Part shown: one piece after another, positions 1-9,862 of the stretch | Layout of the letters: every line of letters starts with the position of its first letter | Position numbering within the stretch: position 1 is the stretch's first letter | Assembly: GCA_017468205.1 (NCBI GenBank) | Contig: JAFUJK010000012.1 | Location: 2,256 to 66,255 of the forward strand | DNA length: 64,000 nt | DNA from: Clostridia bacterium | Lineage (GTDB): Bacteria > Bacillota > Clostridia > Christensenellales > UBA1242 | Direction of reading: 5' to 3' | Translations under genes and position numbers: made by a program | Notes under the pieces: generated by a model | Database searches by the model: none | Told to the model about the DNA's origin: nothing | What the model saw: the letters and a program-made list of their open reading frames with translations, nothing else

Positions 1-832
1 TTATATTTTGTGGCTAGATGCGGACGATGTTATCCCCATAAATGAGCAAGAAAAAATTTTAACACTGAAAAGTCGTTTAGGGGAGAATTTTTCACCCAAT
101 GTAATTATGTGTCATTACGTGGTGGAAACAGATGAGCAGGAACGCCCTACTTTCTATTATTTTCGCGAACGCATAGTAAAGAATGGCATTGGCTTGACGT
201 GGTCCGAACCTATCCATGAGTGCATAACACCATTTGGACATATTGAGCGATTGGATATTAAAATCTTTCACAAAAAAATTCACCCATCAACTCCAAAAAG
301 AAACCTGAACATATATAGAAAAATGGAACGCGAAAAACTTCCCTTTTCCCCACGAGCGCTTTATTATTATGGACGAGAATTGCATTATAACGGGATATAT
401 AAGAAGTCAATTTCTATTTTAAATAAGTTTTTAAATAGTGATGGTTGGGTCGAAAATAAAATTGATGCGTGTTCAATCCTCGCCCAAAACTACTTGATTT
501 TAAATAATTTTGAAAACGCAAAAAATAGCCTTACCCGTGCGTTTTCTTATGACGCACCACGCAATAAAACTTGTTGCGAATTGGGACAAATTTTTAAAAA
601 ACAAAAAGAATATGAAACTGCAATATTCTGGTTTACAACTGCACTTCACGCACAAAACAGCACTAGTGGTTGGATTGAAGAAAAATATTCAGCCCTTGTT
701 CCCTATATCGAACTTTGCGTCTGCTACTTCTTTCTTGGGAAAAAAGAAAAAGCGAAGCAATATCATTTGCTCGCAAAATCAATCAACCCCACCGAGCCCG
801 CTGTCCTTTACAACAACCAGTTTTTCGAGTGA
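1..832 (+). CDS. glycosyltransferase family 2-like protein with C-terminal TPR-like helical repeats; 5' end outside window
   Basis: The reading frame is open to the window edge, so the TTG at 8 is only the ORF-track start. The first residues contain LDADD (DxD motif of GT-A fold enzymes). The C-terminal half is helical-repeat-like. Confidence 0.6.
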   Translation, partial: YILWLDADDVIPINEQEKILTLKSRLGENFSPNVIMCHYVVETDEQERPTFYYFRERIVKNGIGLTWSEPIHECITPFGHIERLDIKIFHKKIHPSTPKRNLNIYRKMEREKLPFSPRALYYYGRELHYNGIYKKSISILNKFLNSDGWVENKIDACSILAQNYLILNNFENAKNSLTRAFSYDAPRNKTCCELGQIFKKQKEYETAIFWFTTALHAQNSTSGWIEEKYSALVPYIELCVCYFFLGKKEKAKQYHLLAKSINPTEPAVLYNNQFFE

Positions 833-847
833 GTTATTTGCTGTATT

Positions 848-2074
848 TTAATTTTTTTCTGTTATCAATTCAAAAATTTGGTTCTTACTTAATTTAGATA
901 TTTCAAATAGCCCTTTATCACTTAATATGCTTTTATCCAAATTAACTCTTATATCATTTAATTCAAAATTATTAAAAGTCTTGCAATAATTTTTAATTTT
1001 ATTTATATTTTTTAAAACTTTTCTTAACCAATATGAAGTATTTTTTAAAAACCATATACCATTGCCAACATCAATCAAAATTAAATGTGTTTGATTATTT
1101 TGTAAACAATGAATTTCGTTATCTGTTAAGAAAAATCCCCCACTTTTTATATTTTTTATTTCTAAACCTATATCGTAAAATGATACATCAAATAATAATT
1201 TTCTTGAATTCGCAACATCTATGTAATCTTTATTCTCTATGAATTGTTTTTGCTTTAAAAAATCCAAGAAATATTTTTCAGTTTTCCTACCACTATAAAT
1301 TTTTGTAGAAGCAATAGCAGAAGTACCTCCGTATCGATATCTCTTTTCTGTTGACTTAATTTCTTGTATAGGCAAAACGCCCTTGATTTCATTAATATCA
1401 AATAAAACTTTTATTTCATTATCAATTATTTGCTTTGACAATACAATCGCTTTTTCAATTTCTTCATTTTCAACTGTTACTATCTCTTTAAAATTTTTGA
1501 TGTAACTTAATACTTCAGCGACAAATTCCTTGTGTTCGTCTTTATCGGCATACCATTTAGGATTCTGTCCATATGTTGTTACATTGTTTATCTTTTTAGG
1601 TATTTCAAAAAATCTATTTTCTTCTGGAATTAAATAGGCATCAGAAACATTACATTCAAAATAATATCCATGATTATCTACTTGAAAATTTAAATTTTCA
1701 TAAATAGTAGCATTATTATAAAAACCTATAATTTTTGCTGTTCCATTTTTGGGAGTAGAAAAAAAGATTACCAAAGCATTTTTTATAAAACTATTATTTT
1801 CATTTTTATAAATATCACAATTATATCTTTTCGCTATTCTTTTTAAATTTATTTTTTTGTTACGACTTTCAACATAACCATAATATTTCCCTTCCACATT
1901 CCTAAAATTATATTTTTCGCCTGCATCTTTATTTCTTCTTACCCAAGAAAAACCAGTTGTATTATTATTCTCAAAACCATTATATCTAGACATCCAAACA
2001 ATGTTCGCAAAAAAGACTGACTTAACTTCTAATTCTTCTTTTGTTAAACTTTTGAAATTATAAAATTTTTCCAT
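848..2074 (-). CDS. hypothetical protein; C-terminal PD-(D/E)XK / DUF3883-like nuclease-fold candidate
   Basis: 408-aa ORF that is visibly more AT-rich than its neighbours. The C-terminal segment FDVSFYDIGLEIKNIKSGGFFLTDNEIHCL...LILIDV has a D...E-x-K arrangement. The N-terminal half is aromatic-rich with no recognised catalytic motif. Confidence 0.5.
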   Translation of the reverse strand: MEKFYNFKSLTKEELEVKSVFFANIVWMSRYNGFENNNTTGFSWVRRNKDAGEKYNFRNVEGKYYGYVESRNKKINLKRIAKRYNCDIYKNENNSFIKNALVIFFSTPKNGTAKIIGFYNNATIYENLNFQVDNHGYYFECNVSDAYLIPEENRFFEIPKKINNVTTYGQNPKWYADKDEHKEFVAEVLSYIKNFKEIVTVENEEIEKAIVLSKQIIDNEIKVLFDINEIKGVLPIQEIKSTEKRYRYGGTSAIASTKIYSGRKTEKYFLDFLKQKQFIENKDYIDVANSRKLLFDVSFYDIGLEIKNIKSGGFFLTDNEIHCLQNNQTHLILIDVGNGIWFLKNTSYWLRKVLKNINKIKNYCKTFNNFELNDIRVNLDKSILSDKGLFEISKLSKNQIFELITEKN

Positions 2075-2116
2075 TGTAACTCCAAATTATTTAAATCGCT
2101 TTGGTCTCAATTTCAC

Positions 2117-2206
2117 TGGCGGAGGGAGGCGGATTCGAACCGCCGGTGCCGATTAAGGCACACACGCTTTCCAAGCGAGCACATTAAACCACTCTGACAT
2201 CTCTCC
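2117..2206 (-). tRNA. tRNA-Ser (anticodon GGA), class II with long variable arm, CCA encoded
   Basis: The reverse complement reads GGAGAGA...GGTTCGAATCC...TCCCTCCGCCA. The anticodon loop is TTGGAAA (U33, GGA, A37). The variable arm is GTGCC-ttaatc-GGCAC. The acceptor stem has one mismatch. Confidence 0.9.
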
Positions 2207-2373
2207 ATATTTTTAAATTTATTATAAAGCAAACAACAAATTTTGTCAAGCAAAACGCAATATCAATAATAGTTTTAAGCCTAAAAACAATAAAAATATT
2301 TTTATACCTCATTTCCCTTTATCTTTTTAAGAAATTATGTTATATTAATTAAAACTATTAAAAGGATAAAATT

Positions 2374-2817
2374 ATGAAAGAAATCATTTTCAAGAAACTT
2401 GACGAAAAAGCAATTCTTCCTAAATACGCAAAGCCTGGCGATGCTGGAATGGACATAAGTTCTATTGAAGACATCGTTATACCTGCTCGTGGCATTGCAT
2501 TAGTTCACACTGGATTATGTATGCAACTGCCAGAAAGGACCGAAGCGCAAGTGCGCAGTCGCAGTGGGCTTGCTTTAAAGCACGGCATTTTTGTACTCAA
2601 CTCCCCTGGCACAATTGACGAAGGTTACACAGGTGAAATTTGTGTCATTTTAGGTAATCTTAAAGATGAGGACTTCAAAGTTAATTCTGGCGACCGCATT
2701 GCTCAAATGGTTATCGCAGAACTCTGCCCTGTTACGATTTCTGAAACAAAGGGAGAGTTAAAACAAACCGAGCGCGGAAGTGGCGGATTTGGAAGCAGTG
2801 GAATAAAAAGCAATTAA
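2374..2817 (+). CDS. dut: dUTP diphosphatase
   Basis: 147 aa with AILPKYAKPGDAGMDI, RSRSGLALKHGI and GTIDEGYTGEI motifs typical of trimeric dUTPases. The C-terminal ERGSGGFGSSG is motif V. Confidence 0.9.
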   Translation: MKEIIFKKLDEKAILPKYAKPGDAGMDISSIEDIVIPARGIALVHTGLCMQLPERTEAQVRSRSGLALKHGIFVLNSPGTIDEGYTGEICVILGNLKDEDFKVNSGDRIAQMVIAELCPVTISETKGELKQTERGSGGFGSSGIKSN

Positions 2818-2819
2818 AC

Positions 2820-2844
2820 TAACACCCTTTGGGGTGTTTTTTTA
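2820..2844 (+). terminator. intrinsic terminator after dut
   Basis: ACACCC-tttg-GGGTGT stem followed by a T6 run. Confidence 0.7.
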
Positions 2845-2920
2845 TTATATGAAAGCATTTAATTTGACATATTGGCAAAAATATGCTATAATTATTTTTA
2901 ATAAAATATTAGGAGTTTAT

Positions 2921-3625
2921 ATGAATATTTTTATCTATGGTGATTCAAACACAAGCGGACTTATGCCCGCCTCAACAAACTATGTTCAAGGTGCTGACCA
3001 ATTTATGTACCCTGCATATGAATGTTGGTGGAGCGCGTTGGAAAACAAACATAAACTTTATATAAGTGGAGTTTGTGGAAGAAGTATCAATTGCGAGCAT
3101 CCACACAAGCCATTTTGTGTAGCATCTCAAACTATTAATTTTGACATTAGTGGTAATGAAAATGCCGATTTGGTAATTTTGCAACTAGGCAAAAATGATT
3201 GTAAGACTATGTACAATCAAACAGCAGAGCAAATCACTGAACAAATGCACGTTCTAGTTGAAAAAATTCGTGCGGTTACTCCTGCAAAAATTATGCTCAT
3301 ATCCCCTGCAAAATTTGACACAACAAAAAACATAGCGAAAAAATATTACAGCGATGGCGAGCAAAAAAGTGTAGAACTTGACAAGTGTTATCGCCAGCTT
3401 GCAAACGAAATTGATGCATATTTTGTTAGTGGGCTTGACATTCCAGTAGGTATTGATGGAGAGCATTTCACAAAAGAAGGACACAAACAATTAGGGCAAA
3501 AAGTATTGGAAAAAGTTTCTCAAATAGAGAAAAATCCTACCCTCCCTGCTCAAAAAATCAATGAAAAACGCACATTAGACGAAGAAAAAGCGCGCGCTCA
3601 ATCTATTTTTGAGAGAATGAGATAA
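2921..3625 (+). CDS. SGNH/GDSL-family hydrolase
   Basis: ATG at 2921 preceded by AGGAG (2911-2915). The protein begins MNIFIYGDSNT (block I GDS). Later GKNDC and a DGEHFT (DxxH-like) block are present. The ORF-track start at 2834 looks like a spurious extension. Confidence 0.75.
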   Translation: MNIFIYGDSNTSGLMPASTNYVQGADQFMYPAYECWWSALENKHKLYISGVCGRSINCEHPHKPFCVASQTINFDISGNENADLVILQLGKNDCKTMYNQTAEQITEQMHVLVEKIRAVTPAKIMLISPAKFDTTKNIAKKYYSDGEQKSVELDKCYRQLANEIDAYFVSGLDIPVGIDGEHFTKEGHKQLGQKVLEKVSQIEKNPTLPAQKINEKRTLDEEKARAQSIFERMR

Positions 3626-3733
3626 AAAGTTACCCCATTATTTGGGGGCTTTTAATTTAAAATTGACATAAAAAAACATTTTCGCATTGATTTATCATTT
3701 TAAATATGCTATTATATAAATAGAGAGGTAAAT

Positions 3734-5413
3734 ATGGAAATATTATTTGATTATGTGGCAAAACTTGTTGCCAACAACAGCCAACTAAATTTTGACGAAA
3801 TACACACAAATCTCGAGATACCAAACGCGAATATTGGTGGAGATGTTGCTCTTCCCTGCTTTAAATTTGCAAAAGCGCTTCGTCTTGCTCCTGTTGCAAT
3901 AGCTGAACAAATTGCATCAAGCATTAAAGACGAAAATCTTGAAAAGGTTGAAAACGTAAACGGCTTTTTGAACTTCACTTTTAAGCCTGATTTTTTGGCA
4001 TACACACTCCTTGACAACGCACTTTTGGAACAAAACGAAATTTCCGAGCATAACGGAATGAAGAACAAGACAATTTTAATAGAGCATACTAGCATTAACC
4101 CAAACGCTAGCCCACACATTGGGCGTGCGCGCAATGCGTTAATTGCTGATAGTTTAGTTCGTGTATTCAAATTTTTGGGTTGGAAAACAGACATTCACTA
4201 TTTTGTGAACGATGTCGGCAAACAAATTGCAATGCTAGTTTATGCGACAAAAGATAAAAAAGACATAAATTTCAATGATTTGTTGCAAATTTATATTGAT
4301 GTGAACGAACAAGCAAAGATAAATCCTGAAATTGAAAATGCTGTTTTTGAATATCTTAATAAGTTTGAAAGTGGTGATGAACAAGTTATTGCAGAATTTG
4401 AGCGCATAGTAAACACTTGCATCAAGGGACAGACAGCAATTTTTGACGAACTTGGCATTAAGTGGGATTCTTTTGACTACGAATCTCGTTATATTCACCA
4501 ACATTTGACTGAAAAAGTGCTTGACGAACTCAAAAAATCGCCAAAACTCTTTGAGGATAAAGACGGAAGATATGTACTCGATCAACACGGGGAAAACATA
4601 GGCATTGAAGAACCTATGTTAGTGCTGACACGTAATGACAAAACCAGCCTATATCCCCTACGTGATATCTGTTATAGTATGGATAAAGCAAAAGCGGGCA
4701 CAGACCGAAACTTGTTAGTTCTTGGCGAGGACCAAAAAGTCTACTTCCAGCAAATCAGCGCTGCGATGCGTCTATTGGGAGCCGAGCCTGCCGAAGTTGT
4801 TCACTATTCATTTGTGCTTTTACCTGATGGAAAAATGAGTACTCGCAGAGGAACTGTTGTTCTTCTTGAAGATTTTATGCGTGAAGCAACAGCAAAGGCT
4901 GATGAAGCTATCAGCGAACGCCGTGGAGATAGTGACATTGAAAAAGCCAAAAAAGTCGGTTACGGCGCATTAAAATACTCAATTTTGAAGTGCAGTCCAG
5001 AGAAAAATGTTTTGTTCGATTGGGCTAATGCTCTAAACTTTAATGGTGATAGCAGTGTATTCGCGCAATATAACTACGCACGTATCCAATCAATTTTGCA
5101 AAAAGCAGATATGGATTATAACAATGCAAAACACTCCCTCTTAACTCGCGAAACAGAAATCGCACTAATCAAAGAAGTTTCTCGTTTTGAAAGCGTTGTC
5201 CTATCAGTTTATCGCAACCTTAACCCAAGCATTTTGGCAAACTATATCTTTAATTTAACATCAAAATTTAGTCAATTCTATGCTGCTGAAAGTATTTTAA
5301 ATATTGAAGATGCCGAACTCAAAAAAGCGCGACTTAGTCTTATTTCAAAAGTTGCAACAGCCCTTAAAAACGGATTATACTTGCTTGGAATTGACATTGT
5401 TGAATCATTATAA
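3734..5413 (+). CDS. argS: arginine--tRNA ligase
   Basis: 559 aa. HTSINPNASPHIGRARN is a class I HIGH-type motif in the ArgRS context. MSTRRG is a KMSKS-equivalent. The C-terminal anticodon-binding region is ArgRS-like. Confidence 0.9.
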   Translation: MEILFDYVAKLVANNSQLNFDEIHTNLEIPNANIGGDVALPCFKFAKALRLAPVAIAEQIASSIKDENLEKVENVNGFLNFTFKPDFLAYTLLDNALLEQNEISEHNGMKNKTILIEHTSINPNASPHIGRARNALIADSLVRVFKFLGWKTDIHYFVNDVGKQIAMLVYATKDKKDINFNDLLQIYIDVNEQAKINPEIENAVFEYLNKFESGDEQVIAEFERIVNTCIKGQTAIFDELGIKWDSFDYESRYIHQHLTEKVLDELKKSPKLFEDKDGRYVLDQHGENIGIEEPMLVLTRNDKTSLYPLRDICYSMDKAKAGTDRNLLVLGEDQKVYFQQISAAMRLLGAEPAEVVHYSFVLLPDGKMSTRRGTVVLLEDFMREATAKADEAISERRGDSDIEKAKKVGYGALKYSILKCSPEKNVLFDWANALNFNGDSSVFAQYNYARIQSILQKADMDYNNAKHSLLTRETEIALIKEVSRFESVVLSVYRNLNPSILANYIFNLTSKFSQFYAAESILNIEDAELKKARLSLISKVATALKNGLYLLGIDIVESL

Positions 5414-5477
5414 AAATTAAATTTATTTACTCTTCTATCTCAATTAGATAAAATAAAATGAGGAGTTATTTGGATAA

Positions 5478-7442
5478 ATGGAATTAAATATCGACAAAAG
5501 AAAGTTACAAATCAGCAAGCAGTATGGTTTGAATTTGAGTTTTTGGGATTTTGTATTTTGGCAAAACAACCCAATACAGATAAATGTCAAAACACTAGCT
5601 GACAATACTTTTGCAAATATAGCCAATATGGACTTGACTACCTTATATTCATACGCAAAAAATCCACAATATTTTGAGATTAACAGCAACAATAACCCCG
5701 ATATAGACCGCTATTTTAATGGCGAAATTGAAGGGCTACGCGCACACGGTGAAGAGTCAACGGCTGATTTTATATTAACTAAGCAAGACCAACACAAGCA
5801 GGTTTTAGCAGAGAATTTCAGTACTAAACAATACGAAGAATATAAGCATTTGGTAAATTTTCTAGCCAGCTCTAATTACCCGAAATCTTTTCAATGGCTA
5901 CTGCTTAACGAAACTCTAAATTATACATACAGAATGGATTTCAGCCAGAGCGAACCAAAACTATTAGTGAATGCCCGCATACCTCATCAAACAATACTAG
6001 GTATGATGAACCTTCCTAAACCTGTGATAGACTACATTTATAAAAACGGTCCGAATTATACCAGCTTTAAGAAACTCTACACCAATGCACAGATAGAATA
6101 TCAACATTTGATTAGCCAAGAAAGTAGAATTTCTTTTGATAATGTGAATACATTTGGTAAAGGACAGTGGATAAAATTTAATGGAAAACAAACTGACGCA
6201 CAAAACTTTGAAACAAATGTAGCCAAACTAAAATCTATGGTTGCAACTACCCCGTGGTGTACCGCCACTTTGGCTAGCACTCACCTAGAACAGGGCGACT
6301 TTTATGTGTTTGTAGACAATGAAAACAACCCTCACATTGCCGTAAAAATGAATGGCTCTGCTATTGATGAAGTACGCGGTATACAAAATGGTCGAGCACA
6401 AGAAATAGAGCCAGAATATAGAGATGTGGCAATCAGTTTCTTGAAGAATAACCAAGAAATTGAAAACGGCAAATACTGGCTAAAAAAGGAAGAGTCTTAT
6501 TCAAATCTAACAAAATATATTAAAGATATTGATGATGGCGTATTTGATGCAAAAAATGTAGGCAAACTTAGTGAAGCTTTAATTTTTACACAAAATGATA
6601 TCTTCATTGACGATAACACGATAGTAGATGATATAAGGGCACGTTTACCTCAAATTAAACCCCAAATAGCAAAATATTATGGATATAGACCAGATGAAGT
6701 GCACATTGGTGATGTAACGCAGTATGAGCCTATTACGCACAACATAAAACTCATTGTTGGAAATGTGTATAGAGAGAAGACAAATTCATATATAGACAAT
6801 ACAAAAGATGACAATTATGACCCACTAGTATCTCTATGCAATGTCGAAAAAGTGATAGGAAATCTTCGTGTTAATTATCACAAAAACGCATGCAACATTA
6901 CTCAATTCGAACATTTAAAAGAAGTAATGGGAAATTTCGAATGTAAAACTGACAACACATTTACTTCTCTAAATAGTCTGGGCACATTACAAACTATAGG
7001 TGGTTCTTGTTTTTTGGGCGGATTTTGTGGTGTAAAGGATTTGGGGAACTTACAACACATAGGTAGAAGTATTTTTTTCAATTTTAGCAACATTACGAAT
7101 TTAGGACAATTAACAACAATCGAAGGTATAGCCTCTTTCTCTTATAGCATGCTAACCGATTTGGGCAATTTGAAAACAATAGGTCATGGAGATTTTATAA
7201 GAAGTAGAATTACAGATTTAGGAAATTTAGAGAAAGCAGATTCTATCGAGGTGAACAACAATAGTCTGATTAATTTGCGTAATGCTAAAATATCTAAAAT
7301 TTGTTTAAAAAAATGTTCTGCAAATACTGAATTGCAAGAAATACTAACTCAACAAGAATACGAAGAGTATTATAATAACATTATGTCAGAAAAAGCGGCA
7401 ACAATCTCACCCACAAAAACACAAGAACAAGAAAAAGCATAA
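5478..7442 (+). CDS. hypothetical protein with PcfJ-like central segment and C-terminal BspA-type leucine-rich repeats
   Basis: 654 aa with no signal peptide or TM. Residues about 255-320 read PWCTATLASTHLEQGDFYVFVDNENNPHIAVKMNGSAIDEVRGIQNG. Repeats LGTLQTIGG / LGNLQHIGR / LGQLTTIEG / LGNLKTIGH / LGNLEKADS recur at about 22-residue spacing. Confidence 0.55.
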   Translation: MELNIDKRKLQISKQYGLNLSFWDFVFWQNNPIQINVKTLADNTFANIANMDLTTLYSYAKNPQYFEINSNNNPDIDRYFNGEIEGLRAHGEESTADFILTKQDQHKQVLAENFSTKQYEEYKHLVNFLASSNYPKSFQWLLLNETLNYTYRMDFSQSEPKLLVNARIPHQTILGMMNLPKPVIDYIYKNGPNYTSFKKLYTNAQIEYQHLISQESRISFDNVNTFGKGQWIKFNGKQTDAQNFETNVAKLKSMVATTPWCTATLASTHLEQGDFYVFVDNENNPHIAVKMNGSAIDEVRGIQNGRAQEIEPEYRDVAISFLKNNQEIENGKYWLKKEESYSNLTKYIKDIDDGVFDAKNVGKLSEALIFTQNDIFIDDNTIVDDIRARLPQIKPQIAKYYGYRPDEVHIGDVTQYEPITHNIKLIVGNVYREKTNSYIDNTKDDNYDPLVSLCNVEKVIGNLRVNYHKNACNITQFEHLKEVMGNFECKTDNTFTSLNSLGTLQTIGGSCFLGGFCGVKDLGNLQHIGRSIFFNFSNITNLGQLTTIEGIASFSYSMLTDLGNLKTIGHGDFIRSRITDLGNLEKADSIEVNNNSLINLRNAKISKICLKKCSANTELQEILTQQEYEEYYNNIMSEKAATISPTKTQEQEKA

Positions 7443-7514
7443 AATAAAAAGAGGATATAATGATACTCCTCCACCCTATAAGTTGAGAAAAAATTTTATT
7501 TAAATAATTTGTTT

Positions 7515-7546
7515 ATGAGTTAGGTTTTGTACTTAACTCATTTTTA
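7515..7546 (+). terminator. intrinsic terminator after the LRR protein gene
   Basis: ATGAGTTA / TAACTCAT 8-bp stem followed by TTTTT. Confidence 0.6.
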
Positions 7547-7566
7547 ATTTAGTTCCCTTTTTTGCC

Positions 7567-7600
7567 ATAAAAAATGAACCTCCTAAATTTTAGGAGGTTC
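7567..7600 (-). terminator. intrinsic terminator after ndk
   Basis: GAACCTCCTA-aattt-TAGGAGGTTC perfect 10-bp stem (7576-7600), followed on the minus strand by a T-rich run. Confidence 0.75.
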
Positions 7601-7639
7601 GTTTCACAATTTGTAGTTTTTTATTTTAACTTATAAAAA

Positions 7640-8044
7640 TTAGTTGAAAAAACGTTTAATTTCTGCCTCGGCCGTCTCTGGTGCATCACTTCCGTGAATG
7701 AGGTTTTCGCGGTCATTGCAAGAATAATCTCCACGAATTGTACCAGCAGGAGCATCAAGATATTTTGTTGGCCCCATAAAGTTACGCATACCCTTAATAA
7801 CGCTTTCGCCTTCAAGAATCATACCAACAACAGGTCCACTCATCATATATTCTTGAACTTCTGGAAAGAATGGGCGATCAACGATGTGAGCATAGTGTTC
7901 ACGAAGTTGAGCTTCAGTAAGATTAAACATTTTCATATCAACAATTTTGAAACCTTTTTTCTCAATTCTTCCAATAATTTCACCTACCAAACCACGACGA
8001 ACAGCATCTGGTTTAAGCATAATATAAGTTCTTTCTGTTTCCAT
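7640..8044 (-). CDS. ndk: nucleoside-diphosphate kinase
   Basis: 134 aa. ERTYIMLKPDAV, NLIHGSD (active-site His) and overall NDK colinearity. Confidence 0.93.
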   Translation of the reverse strand: METERTYIMLKPDAVRRGLVGEIIGRIEKKGFKIVDMKMFNLTEAQLREHYAHIVDRPFFPEVQEYMMSGPVVGMILEGESVIKGMRNFMGPTKYLDAPAGTIRGDYSCNDRENLIHGSDAPETAEAEIKRFFN

Positions 8045-8165
8045 TTTTGTCTTTTCTCCTTAAAAAATCATTATAGATATAACTTATCATATTATGATGA
8101 AAAAATCAAGTATTAAAGCCTAAAAAAGTAAAATAGCGCGCAAATCACGCACTATTTCATTAGTA

Positions 8166-9215
8166 TTAAGCAAGAGCAGCTTGGAAATCAGCGATTGCAT
8201 CTTGTCTTGCTTCTTTTTCTGTTTCAGACAATTCTTTGAATGCGTTTACGTGAGTATTGTAAGCCTCAACTGTTGCATCGTAAGCAGTCTTTGCGGCGGT
8301 TTTAAGTTCATTTAAGATTGCTTTACTTTGTTCTTGAATTTGCTTTACAAATTCTTTAAATTGCTTTTCAAGTTCTGCTTTTTTCGTGTTGTAAGTTTTT
8401 ACTGTTTCATCATATGCTTGTTTAGCAATGTTATAAGCCTGTTGTAATTGTTGTTTTACTGTAGCAGGTGTTCCAGCTGGCAAGTTGTCAATATCATCTT
8501 GTGCACTATCAAGAAGTTCCTTTGCAGAAACCATTGCAGAGTCAGCAACTTGCAAAATAGTGTTGTAAAGAGTGTTGAATTTGGTGGTTAAGTCAGCACG
8601 CTTTTCAAAAGCTACTTGCTTCAATTCGTTAGACTTTGTCTTTGCGTATTCAAGCATTTCAGCGTTTGTCATATTAGCATATTCTTTTGCGCTAACGCCC
8701 AACTCACTGATAGCATCATCAATATTTTCGTTAACTGATGTTACAGCTCCAGCAAAAATACCGTTTTCGCTAAAATAGTTGTTTACGGCAGCCTTTGCAT
8801 TTTGAGCAAGTTTTGCATAAGCCTCTGCATCGTCAGCAGAAATACTGATTACAACAGTTGTAGACTTACCCGCTGCTGGTGTTGATGTTGTACTGTTGTT
8901 CATCTTGTCCATTTCCGCAGAAGTTTGAGCAAACTTTTCAGCAGCAACAGTAGCACTTAATCCCATAAATGAAACATTAGCAAGTAATTCTTCACCGTCA
9001 GCATTTAGAGCAACCTCGCCCACAACCTTGTTATTATTGTCTAGTACAAGTTGAACCCCAGGATTTGCTTCAAGTTGCATAACAGCCTTTGCCTCACTCT
9101 TGCCCGTAAAAACGATTACAAGAACGATTGCAACAACTAATACAGCAACGGCAACACCTAGCAAAATATACTTGGTTTTAGGGTTAGATTGCTTCGCTTT
9201 TTGATTTTCAGCCAT
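8166..9215 (-). CDS. membrane-anchored alanine-rich coiled-coil protein (hypothetical)
   Basis: 349 aa. One N-terminal TM (YILLGVAVAVLVVAIVLVIVF), then long Ala/Lys/Glu-rich helical segments. SD-like sequence upstream. Confidence 0.55.
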   Translation of the reverse strand: MAENQKAKQSNPKTKYILLGVAVAVLVVAIVLVIVFTGKSEAKAVMQLEANPGVQLVLDNNNKVVGEVALNADGEELLANVSFMGLSATVAAEKFAQTSAEMDKMNNSTTSTPAAGKSTTVVISISADDAEAYAKLAQNAKAAVNNYFSENGIFAGAVTSVNENIDDAISELGVSAKEYANMTNAEMLEYAKTKSNELKQVAFEKRADLTTKFNTLYNTILQVADSAMVSAKELLDSAQDDIDNLPAGTPATVKQQLQQAYNIAKQAYDETVKTYNTKKAELEKQFKEFVKQIQEQSKAILNELKTAAKTAYDATVEAYNTHVNAFKELSETEKEARQDAIADFQAALA

Positions 9216-9301
9216 TTTTTCCTCCTTATTTAGATTTCGGTATATTTTACCAAATATTAATATTCAAGTCAAAAGATTTTTAGCACATTTTTAAAAAAAC
9301 T

Positions 9302-9862
9302 TTATACAATTTGAACATACTTTTTGCGTTTTATTAAGTATTTTATGAGTGAAAAAGCTATAAAAATCATAACTACAAATTGCGCCGAAGCATTAAACCA
9401 AAGCCCCATTAATAATAGATATACAAAGATTAACATCGCATTTACTAAAAACGCCCATTTAAGATATACAATACGTTGAAAACCAAGCGCCATACTTATA
9501 ATGACCGAGGCTATCAACGGTAAACCACTTATCCACCCCGCCCAAGATAGAGCCGTACAAATTGCAACAATTACGCTAAATATAATTCCAATCATCAAGT
9601 TTATGTTGGGTGTGTTGAATCTCTTACTTTTTTCAATCAAATAATAAACGATTAACCTTAAAAATTCAACGCTAGCAATAATTGCACCACTTAATGCAGA
9701 AGCAGTAACCGTTATAACGAAAAAGTAACTAGATATATAAAATATAGAAGATATAATTTGAATTGCCATCAATTTGGTTTTTGATTGCATCTGCATACTT
9801 ATGCAAAATACCATAGTAGATAAGCCAATACAAACCGCCGAAACAATTTCATTCCAAATCAT
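9302..9862 (-). CDS. integral membrane protein (possibly YgjV-like)
   Basis: 186 aa, with about 6 hydrophobic segments throughout. The family assignment is only a resemblance. Confidence 0.45.
   Translation of the reverse strand: MIWNEIVSAVCIGLSTMVFCISMQMQSKTKLMAIQIISSIFYISSYFFVITVTASALSGAIIASVEFLRLIVYYLIEKSKRFNTPNINLMIGIIFSVIVAICTALSWAGWISGLPLIASVIISMALGFQRIVYLKWAFLVNAMLIFVYLLLMGLWFNASAQFVVMIFIAFSLIKYLIKRKKYVQIV

Noticed and set aside
2075-2373. Integrase, attachment-site repeats or prophage remnants flanking tRNA-Ser
   Set aside because: There is no recombinase ORF, and no duplicated tRNA 3'-end sequence is visible within the window.
3626-3733. Possible T-box leader upstream of argS
   Set aside because: The spacer is only about 108 nt. 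It contains the preceding gene's terminator and is AT-rich. There is no specifier or T-box (AGGGTGGTACCGCG-like) sequence.
7694-8116. Antisense ORFs opposite ndk (7694-8116), rplA (22079-22531) and the S8 protease (14872-15474)
   Set aside because: They lie opposite confidently identified conserved genes, and they show no SD or family resemblance.
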